From a virus (lineage: Duplodnaviria; Caudoviricetes): DNA of 50,337 nucleotides. The position numbers were made by a program, and so were the translations under genes. Under the pieces are notes generated by a model. That model worked only from the letters and a program-made list of their open reading frames with translations. It was not told the DNA's origin and did not search any database. Location of the stretch: the IMG/VR virus record IMGVR_UViG_3300030376_000179, positions 1 through 50,337 of that record, one strand, 5' to 3'. Positions 10,414 to 17,659 of this stretch are shown here, one piece after another. The number at the start of each line of letters is the position of its first letter. The first letter of the stretch is position 1.

Positions 10414-10617
10414 ATGAATTTTAAAACATTTACAAACGCAAATGAACCTTATGAAGGTAAAAAAATAGCAATAGACATTAATCAAGTACAATCAATATTT
10501 GAAGATGTACTAAAAGCAGACGAAGGTAAATACACAACACTTTGGTCACCTGATAATGCATGGACAGTACAAGAAGATTTTGATACAGTTATGAAAATTA
10601 TAGGAGATATATCATGA
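10414..10617 (+). CDS. small hypothetical protein
   Basis: 67 aa, AGGAG RBS, overlaps the next start (ATGA). Confidence 0.6.
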   Translation: MNFKTFTNANEPYEGKKIAIDINQVQSIFEDVLKADEGKYTTLWSPDNAWTVQEDFDTVMKIIGDIS

Positions 10618-11138
10618 TCGAAAATACTTTGTTCAATATACCTTATTGGACAATACCAACTCTAAACTTTAAAGAGAAAAAAAAGAAATTACAATCTCTA
10701 TGTAGAAGACATCCTGAAAAACAAGTAGGTATACAAACTTTTTCTACAAATAGACAAACACCTCGTATTCAATTTAAAGAAGATTTAGTTACTATATTAG
10801 AAGAAGAATTAACTATGTTGTCAGAAACTTTAAAAAAAGATATACGAATAGATGACGCATGGTCAGTAAGTTATAAGAAAGGTGAATATCATTCGCCTCA
10901 TAATCATGGTTCGTTAGGACTATCTGGTATATTATACTTAGATCAACCTAAAGACGCACCTGTGACACACTATATGCAACCGTGGAATGACTATATGACT
11001 GATAGAACAGTTTATTTACCTTTACCTATTACAGAAGGTACTATCGTTATTATACCTCAATTTATACAACATTTTAGTTCACCTAACACATCAAAGAAAA
11101 TTAAAAGAATAATATCTTGGGATTTAAGCCTAGTCTAA
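10614..11138 (+). CDS. 2OG-Fe(II) oxygenase
   Basis: WSVSYKKGEYHSPHNH, LSGILYL, IPQFIQH and KRIISWD motifs. Confidence 0.8.
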   Translation: MIENTLFNIPYWTIPTLNFKEKKKKLQSLCRRHPEKQVGIQTFSTNRQTPRIQFKEDLVTILEEELTMLSETLKKDIRIDDAWSVSYKKGEYHSPHNHGSLGLSGILYLDQPKDAPVTHYMQPWNDYMTDRTVYLPLPITEGTIVIIPQFIQHFSSPNTSKKIKRIISWDLSLV

Positions 11139-11140
11139 TA

Positions 11141-11148
11141 TATAAATA
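11141..11148 (+). promoter_or_regulatory. T4-type late promoter
   Basis: TATAAATA 6 nt before ATG 11155. Confidence 0.65.
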
Positions 11149-11154
11149 GTTTAC

Positions 11155-12639
11155 ATGGCTATATCAAAGATAGGTTCAAGAGCAATAATAGACGGTTCAG
11201 TTCTTGCGGCAGATTTTGCACCAGGCACAATAACAGGTGCAAAACTAGCAGGTTCTATAGGTAATGATAAACTAGCAAATAGTGCAATCACAATAGGTGG
11301 AGAAGCAATATCATTAGGGGGTACTGATAATTCTCTTAATCTTATAGACTGGCAATCAAAAGTAACATCAGACGGTTCAACTGTAACTACTATGGTTGCA
11401 GGTCGTGGATATTTCGTAGATAATTCTAGTGCGGCAGGAATAGTAAAATTACCTTCAAGTGCGACAATAGGTCAACAAATTGCAATTAAAGATTATGCTG
11501 GTAATTTTGGTACAAACAATTTAACAATTCAAAATAACAGTCACAATATACAAGGTGCGGCTGGTAATATAACTATATCAACAAACAGAGCGTCACTCAT
11601 ATTAGTTTATGTAGATAGTACAAAAGGTTGGTTGTTTTCAGACGAACATAATGTAGGCGATTTACAAACTAAATCATATACATCTGCTACAGGTGGCACA
11701 GTCACAACTTCAGGTAACGATAAAATTCATACATTTACAGGTGATGGCACTTTCTCTGTTTCATCAATAGGTAATTCTGTTGGGGGTGGTTCAAAAGTTT
11801 CATATCTAGTCGTTGCAGGTGGCGCTGGTGGTGCAGGCGCTGGTGGTGCTGGTGGAGGTGCTGGAGGATTTAGAGAAGGTATAGACTCTCCTGTTTCTTC
11901 ATACACAACTTCACCTTTAAAAAATCCAGCAGGTTTAACTATATCTGCTTCGCCTGGTTCTTATCCAGTCACAGTAGGTGGTGGTGGTACAGGTGGTGAT
12001 CCACATCCTTCTCCTGGTTGCAATCAAAAAGGTGACGCAGGTTCAAATTCAGTTTTTAGTACAATCACATCTGCCGGTGGAGGTGGAGGTGGAAGTCAAG
12101 GAGACGCTAACCCTACTGCCAGAACAAGCGGTGTTGCTGGTGGTTCAGGTGGTGGTGCAGGACAAAATAGTGGTCCACCTCCAAGAGCAGTCGTAGGTGC
12201 AGGTAATACACCACCAGTAAGTCCATCACAAGGCAACCCAGGTGGTCAAGGAAATTATGCAGGCAATACTCCAGGTTCAGGTGGAGGCGGCGGCGCAACT
12301 GCTGCTGGTGGTAGTTCATCTGGTGGCGGAAATGCAGGTGCCGGTGGCGCTGGTGCAACAACTCACATTACAGGTTCTCCTGTAGGTTATGCAGGAGGTG
12401 GTGGCGGTACAGCATGTGCGATACACGGTCAACCAGCACCAGTTGGAGGTGCCGGTGGTTCAGGTGGCGGCGGTGCTGCTAGAAATGGTAGTAACGGTGC
12501 AGGTACAGCAGGCACAACAAACAGAGGTGGAGGCGGCGGTGCCGGTAGTTCACCAGGTTTCTGTGGTGGTAGTTCTAACGCAGGTGGTGCCGGTGGTTCA
12601 GGCGTAGTAATTATAAGGTATAAGTATCAAACAGGATAA
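11155..12639 (+). CDS. glycine-rich fibre/adhesin-like protein A2
   Basis: Paralog of A1 with identical DNA blocks, e.g. AAAGATTATGCTGGTAATTTTGGTACAAA. Confidence 0.7.
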   Translation: MAISKIGSRAIIDGSVLAADFAPGTITGAKLAGSIGNDKLANSAITIGGEAISLGGTDNSLNLIDWQSKVTSDGSTVTTMVAGRGYFVDNSSAAGIVKLPSSATIGQQIAIKDYAGNFGTNNLTIQNNSHNIQGAAGNITISTNRASLILVYVDSTKGWLFSDEHNVGDLQTKSYTSATGGTVTTSGNDKIHTFTGDGTFSVSSIGNSVGGGSKVSYLVVAGGAGGAGAGGAGGGAGGFREGIDSPVSSYTTSPLKNPAGLTISASPGSYPVTVGGGGTGGDPHPSPGCNQKGDAGSNSVFSTITSAGGGGGGSQGDANPTARTSGVAGGSGGGAGQNSGPPPRAVVGAGNTPPVSPSQGNPGGQGNYAGNTPGSGGGGGATAAGGSSSGGGNAGAGGAGATTHITGSPVGYAGGGGGTACAIHGQPAPVGGAGGSGGGGAARNGSNGAGTAGTTNRGGGGGAGSSPGFCGGSSNAGGAGGSGVVIIRYKYQTG

Positions 12640-12650
12640 ATAGTAGTATT

Positions 12651-14009
12651 ATGGCAGTAGATCAAATAGGCACAAAAGCATTAGTAGATTGTTCAGTAGC
12701 GGCAGCAGATATTGCACCGGGTACTATTACTAGTGCAAAATTAGCGGGTTCAATCGCAAACGCAAAATTATCAAATTCAAGTATAACAGTAAACGGAACA
12801 TCAGTAGCACTAGGGGCGAGTGGTACTATACCTCCTGTTCAATGGCAATCAGTTGTTGTATCAGACGGAAGTACAGTTACTACAATGGTTGCAGGTAGAG
12901 GATATTTTGTTAACAATACAAGTGCGGCAGGTATAGTAAAATTACCAGCTAGTGCAACTGCCGGTGACATTGTTTCAATTAAAGACTATGCAGGTAACTT
13001 TGGTACAAACAATCTCACTATTCAAAGAAATTCACATAAAATTCAAGGCAATACAAACGATAGCACAATATCAACTAATCGTGCTTCACTTTCATTAGTT
13101 TATGTTGACGCAACAAAAGGTTGGTTATATACCAACGAAAGTAATGTTGTAGATTTAACACCCTTTGTAGCTGCGACTGGTGGAACAGTTACTACTTCAG
13201 GTGATTATAAAATTCACACATTTACTGGTGATGGTAACTTTGTTGTTTCAACGGCAGGTTCAGGTGTTAAAGGCGAAGTTTCTTATTTGGTCGTTGCAGG
13301 CGCTGGTGGTGGCGGTTCAAATAGTTCTGGACAACAAGCAGGTGGCGGCGGTGCAGGAGGTTATCGTGAAGGAAAACAAACTTGTGGAAGTTATACTGCT
13401 TCACCTAAAGCAGCAGCTGCTGGTTTAGCAGTCACAGCACAAACATATCCAGTCACAGTAGGTGCTGGAGGTGCAACAGCGGCTCTTCCTGCTAATGTAG
13501 CAGCGGCAAGTGGTTCAAATTCAGTTTTTAGTACAATTACATCTACTGGTGGCGGAGGTGGTGGTTTAGGAAATCCAGGTACTTCTGGACCTGAAGGTGC
13601 AATTAGACAAGGTAGAAGTGGTGGTTCTGGCGGCGGTAGTGCAGGTTCAGATGGACCCGCTTTATCAGGTGGCGCAGGAAATACTCCACCAGTCAGTCCT
13701 TCACAAGGAAACAATGGTGGCGCAGGTGCTTCTGGTCCTGGTCAAGGAGGTTCTGGTGGCGGTGCTAATGCCGCAGGAGGAACATCCCCAAATAATACTA
13801 CATTAGAACCAGGAGGTGCAGGTACACCAACACAGATAAATGCAAGTAATGTCACTTATGGTGTTGGAGGTCCTACCGCAGCAAACCAAGATGATGGTTC
13901 AACGGGAACTGCTAATAGAGGAAATGGTGGCGGTGGTTCAGCAGGACCTGGTGGTACAGGTGGTGGTGGCGGATCTGGTATTGTGATTATACGATACAAA
14001 TATCAATAA
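12651..14009 (+). CDS. glycine-rich fibre/adhesin-like protein B2
   Basis: Paralog of B1 (shared KIQGNTNDSTI and IRYKYQ); GATAAATAG motif at 12635-12643. Confidence 0.7.
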   Translation: MAVDQIGTKALVDCSVAAADIAPGTITSAKLAGSIANAKLSNSSITVNGTSVALGASGTIPPVQWQSVVVSDGSTVTTMVAGRGYFVNNTSAAGIVKLPASATAGDIVSIKDYAGNFGTNNLTIQRNSHKIQGNTNDSTISTNRASLSLVYVDATKGWLYTNESNVVDLTPFVAATGGTVTTSGDYKIHTFTGDGNFVVSTAGSGVKGEVSYLVVAGAGGGGSNSSGQQAGGGGAGGYREGKQTCGSYTASPKAAAAGLAVTAQTYPVTVGAGGATAALPANVAAASGSNSVFSTITSTGGGGGGLGNPGTSGPEGAIRQGRSGGSGGGSAGSDGPALSGGAGNTPPVSPSQGNNGGAGASGPGQGGSGGGANAAGGTSPNNTTLEPGGAGTPTQINASNVTYGVGGPTAANQDDGSTGTANRGNGGGGSAGPGGTGGGGGSGIVIIRYKYQ

Positions 14010-14035
14010 TTAGTCTTTTTTAAGACTACTATATA
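14007..14035 (+). repeat. 29-bp intergenic element with hairpin, copy 2
   Basis: Identical to 9724..9752. Confidence 0.85.
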
Positions 14036-14054
14036 TTAAAAAGGTGATTATACA

Positions 14055-14714
14055 ATGAATTTAAAAAACTATTATTATTATTTTCAATCAGCATTAAGTC
14101 CTAGAATATGTGACGAGATCATAAGATATGGTCGATTACATAAACCAGAAATGGCGTTAACTGGCGGTATGCAAAGAGATGAAAAAAATCTAACTAAAAA
14201 AGGCAAATTTAAAAAGAAAGCCATTAAACATCTTCATGTAAAAAGAAAATCTGATATTGTTTGGATGAATGATACATGGATTTATAAAGAAATACATCCG
14301 TTTATTAGACAAGCAAACAGAGACGCAGGTTGGAATTTTGATTGGGATTTTTCAGAATCTTGTCAATTTACAAAATATGGTCTAAATCAATATTATGGTT
14401 GGCATTGTGATAGTTGGGATGTACCTTACAATAAACCTGATAGTCCTAATGAACATGGTAAGATTAGAAAATTATCAGTCACAATATCATTATCTGACCC
14501 AAGCGAATATGAAGGTGGTAATTTAGAATTTGATATGAGAAATCAAAAAGATTGGAATAACGCAAAAGAAAAAGCAATATATGAATGTCATGAGATTAGA
14601 CCTCGTGGTTCTATTATTGTCTTTCCAAGTTTTGTATGGCACAGAGTTAAACCAGTAACAAAAGGAACTAGATATTCATTAGTAATATGGAATCTAGGAC
14701 AACCTTGGAGATAG
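14055..14714 (+). CDS. PKHD/prolyl-4-hydroxylase-like 2OG-Fe(II) oxygenase
   Basis: QFTKY...YGWHCD, RKLSVTISLS, YEGGNL and VFPSFVWHRVKPVTKGTRYSLV motifs. Confidence 0.85.
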   Translation: MNLKNYYYYFQSALSPRICDEIIRYGRLHKPEMALTGGMQRDEKNLTKKGKFKKKAIKHLHVKRKSDIVWMNDTWIYKEIHPFIRQANRDAGWNFDWDFSESCQFTKYGLNQYYGWHCDSWDVPYNKPDSPNEHGKIRKLSVTISLSDPSEYEGGNLEFDMRNQKDWNNAKEKAIYECHEIRPRGSIIVFPSFVWHRVKPVTKGTRYSLVIWNLGQPWR

Positions 14715-14723
14715 GAATTTATT

Positions 14724-15413
14724 ATGCAAGATATATTAGACACACAAAATTATTTCTCTTGTCCTGTTTATTCAATTGAAAAACCTGAGTGGGTTGCAAA
14801 GATTGACAAAGCATGTGACAAACACATTAAGGCAGCATACAAGAGAGAAAAACCCAAATTAGATAAAAGAAAAAAAGAATTAGGTACTAAACATTGGAAT
14901 GCTATAAAAGATCATGGCATGTCTTATCATTCATCAGGTATTGAAACAGATCCTGCTTTAAAAGAGTTTGTTGACTATTGTGGTCAAACGGCATGGAATT
15001 TATTAGATGGTCAAGGTTTTAAAATGAGTGACTATCAAATGTTTTTTACAGAATGTTGGGTACAAGAATTTAGTAAACATGGTGGGGGTCATCATAACGC
15101 ACATATTCATTCAGACAATCACATATCTGGTTTTTATTATCTTAAGTGTAGTAAGAATACATCATTGCCTATTTTTCATGACCCACGACCAGGTGCATTA
15201 ATGACAGGACTAAAACAAAAAGATAAATTAAAAATATCTTATGCAAGTGATCAAGTGCATTACATACCTAAACCAGGTACATTAATATTTTTTAATTCAT
15301 ATATGCCTCATCAATATTCAGTTCATGATGGTTATGATGATTTTAGATTTATACATTTTAACATACAAGCAGTTCGTAATGAAATAGTACAAGGAGCGAA
15401 AGACAATGCCTAA
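14724..15413 (+). CDS. 2OG-Fe(II) oxygenase
   Basis: HNAHIH, HISGFYYL, FHDPRP, FFNSYMPH and RFIHFN motifs. Confidence 0.8.
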   Translation: MQDILDTQNYFSCPVYSIEKPEWVAKIDKACDKHIKAAYKREKPKLDKRKKELGTKHWNAIKDHGMSYHSSGIETDPALKEFVDYCGQTAWNLLDGQGFKMSDYQMFFTECWVQEFSKHGGGHHNAHIHSDNHISGFYYLKCSKNTSLPIFHDPRPGALMTGLKQKDKLKISYASDQVHYIPKPGTLIFFNSYMPHQYSVHDGYDDFRFIHFNIQAVRNEIVQGAKDNA

Positions 15414-16080
15414 AACAGAATTTGATAAAAACAATTACATAGTGATTAAAAAAGCACTAGACCCAAAAATTGCAGAATTTATTTATAATTATTTTTTAAT
15501 GAAAAGACAAGTTGCAAGAACAATGTTAGATACAAAATATATTTCACCCTTTGAAGATGGTTGGGGCTCTTGGGCAGATGAACAAGTACCTAATACATAT
15601 TCACATTATAGTGATATTGCGATGGATACTTTATTATTAAAAACACAACCTATTATGGAAAAACATACAGGCATGAGTTTAATTCCAACTTATTCATATG
15701 CTCGTATATACAAAAAAGGTGATGTATTACATAGACACAAAGACAGATATTCATGTGAGATATCAACTACTATGAATTTAGGTGGTGATGATTGGCCTAT
15801 CTATATTGAACCTAATCCTAAAAAAGGTAAAGCAAAAGATGGTGTATATAAGTCAGATATGACTGATGGTAAGAAAGTAGTTCTTAAATCTGGCGATATG
15901 TTAGTTTACAAGGGAAATTTATGTGAACATTGGCGTGAAGCATTTGAAGGAGAAGATTGCGGTCAAGTATTTTTACACTATAATAATGCAAAGACTAAAG
16001 GTGCAAAAGATAATATGTATGACGGAAGACCTCATGTAGGATTACCTGCTTGGTTTAAAAAAGCACCTGTTTCTGATTAA
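15406..16080 (+). CDS. 2OG-Fe(II) oxygenase
   Basis: PTYSYARIY...LHRHKDRYSCEIS, GDMLVYKG..CEHWRE and QVFLHY motifs. Confidence 0.8.
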   Translation: MPKTEFDKNNYIVIKKALDPKIAEFIYNYFLMKRQVARTMLDTKYISPFEDGWGSWADEQVPNTYSHYSDIAMDTLLLKTQPIMEKHTGMSLIPTYSYARIYKKGDVLHRHKDRYSCEISTTMNLGGDDWPIYIEPNPKKGKAKDGVYKSDMTDGKKVVLKSGDMLVYKGNLCEHWREAFEGEDCGQVFLHYNNAKTKGAKDNMYDGRPHVGLPAWFKKAPVSD

Positions 16081-16139
16081 GACATATTATATACTAATAA
16101 CTGTTAAAAATACATAAATAGTTCAACAGGAGATTTAGT

Positions 16140-16505
16140 ATGCCAACAACAACTATTACAACGGCGCCCAACGTTGCTGCTATTGCAAATTTGACAATGG
16201 ATCAAGGGGCAACTTTTAGCACAGTTATAACTGTATATCAAAATGACAGTATTCTTGACTTAGATGGTTATTCTGTTGCTGCTCAGATAAGAAAATCTTA
16301 TTCATCTTCTTCATCTACATCATTTACAACAGCAATAGACTCAACTACATCTACTGGTAAAATAACTTTAAGTTTAACATCAACACAAACGGCAGCATTA
16401 GAAGAAGGTCGTTATGTTTATGATGTTGAAATAACTGCCTCCGACAGTACAATAACAAGACCAATACAAGGAACAGTCACAGTAAGACCTAATGTGACAA
16501 GATAA
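16140..16505 (+). CDS. small virion structural protein (Ig/BppU-like beta fold)
   Basis: DQGATF...AQIRKSY...GRYVYDVEI motifs seen in marine T4-like phages; CATAAATA at 16113-16120 and AGGAG RBS. Confidence 0.55.
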   Translation: MPTTTITTAPNVAAIANLTMDQGATFSTVITVYQNDSILDLDGYSVAAQIRKSYSSSSSTSFTTAIDSTTSTGKITLSLTSTQTAALEEGRYVYDVEITASDSTITRPIQGTVTVRPNVTR

Positions 16506-16507
16506 TT

Positions 16508-17650
16508 ATGGCAAAAAAAGATGTTGAAGTTTCATCAGATTTAGGTTCTTTACTTGATCAATTAAGTGAAGTTCGTAAACAAGAAGAAGAAAAGAAACAA
16601 AAGAAACTAAAAGAGATAAATCAAGATAGTTCTTTTGCTTCTATGATGGCTGAATTATCAGAGGTTGCAAAAGTAACAAAAGTTAAACCTGTACCGCAAC
16701 CAGAACCTAAAAAGAAAATACTCAAAGAACCAGAAGTTACAACTAAGGAAGACAAAGTAGGTCTTCTATCTCAACTCTCACAACTTGCAAAAGAAACGAA
16801 GAAAGAAGAAAGTTATGAAATCGGGAAAGACTACGCAGACCACACCAAAGAAGTTACGCCAGGTCAAGAAAAACCAAAAAAGAAAAGAGGAAGAAAACGA
16901 CAATCTGTGGACACCGTGGAACACAGGCAATCCAAAGAAACAGAAACGCCAAAAACGATTTCTCCCATAGTAGATTTAACAACAAAAGAATTAAGTAAAA
17001 ATGCAGCACTAAAAGAACAACCTGAGTTAAACTCTTTAGATGAAATGAAACAAGAGTTTCAAAAGTTTAAAGATTTAGTTACTCAACAAATGGCAAGTAT
17101 AGGCGGTGGTGGTGAAGTTAATTTAAGAAAATTAGATGATGTTGACGATAGTTCTAAAGCAAATGGTTTTGCATTAAAGTATAATTCATCTACAGATAAG
17201 TTTGACTTTGGTGAAGTCGCAAGTGATTTATCAGCAGTAGATCAAGATATTATACCTGATGGTAATGGTACTAGGAGTTTAGGTAGTGCGTCTAAAAGAT
17301 TTAAAGAAATTTTCTTAGCAGGTGAAACAATTAACCTTGGTGGTGCTACGATTAGTTCAGACGGTACTGGCACAGTTGCTGTATCAGCGTCAGGTGTAGA
17401 ATTACCGGCAGGTTCTAAATCTGGTGATAATCAACTTGCCGTTGTATCAACAGGTAGTTCAGGTGCTGCTGGTCAAGTTGCAAGAGTTGTGCCTTTCTTT
17501 AGTGCGTCAGGAGGATTATCAACAAAGAATACAGACTTTGAGTTCAATGCGGTTGTTGACGATAAGTTTGTTTTTACAGGAACAAAGAGTTTTACACTAG
17601 CAAATGGTAATGCGTTAGCGGATGCTGACCCAACATTATTTCAGTTCTAA
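16508..17650 (+). CDS. hypothetical structural protein (charged N-terminal half, beta-rich C-terminal half)
   Basis: 380-aa ORF with a Lys/Glu-rich N-terminus and a SIGGGGEVNLRKLDDVD junction. Confidence 0.55.
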   Translation: MAKKDVEVSSDLGSLLDQLSEVRKQEEEKKQKKLKEINQDSSFASMMAELSEVAKVTKVKPVPQPEPKKKILKEPEVTTKEDKVGLLSQLSQLAKETKKEESYEIGKDYADHTKEVTPGQEKPKKKRGRKRQSVDTVEHRQSKETETPKTISPIVDLTTKELSKNAALKEQPELNSLDEMKQEFQKFKDLVTQQMASIGGGGEVNLRKLDDVDDSSKANGFALKYNSSTDKFDFGEVASDLSAVDQDIIPDGNGTRSLGSASKRFKEIFLAGETINLGGATISSDGTGTVAVSASGVELPAGSKSGDNQLAVVSTGSSGAAGQVARVVPFFSASGGLSTKNTDFEFNAVVDDKFVFTGTKSFTLANGNALADADPTLFQF

Positions 17651-17659
17651 ATATAACAT

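Noticed and set aside
7703-13806. Alternate-frame Val/Gln-rich ORFs inside the Gly-rich genes
   Set aside because: By-product of GGT/GCA codon runs that lack stops in the shifted frame.
7560-13980. Collagen triple-helix annotation
   Set aside because: Gly occurs in runs (GGGGG), not sustained Gly-X-Y periodicity.
6862-14009. Diversity-generating retroelement or invertase shufflon explaining the paralogs
   Set aside because: No reverse transcriptase or recombinase in the window, the repeats are direct, and differences are not adenine-specific.
16086-16114. Possible minus-strand promoter (TATAAT)
   Set aside because: No acceptable -35 at 16-18 bp, and the background is AT-rich.
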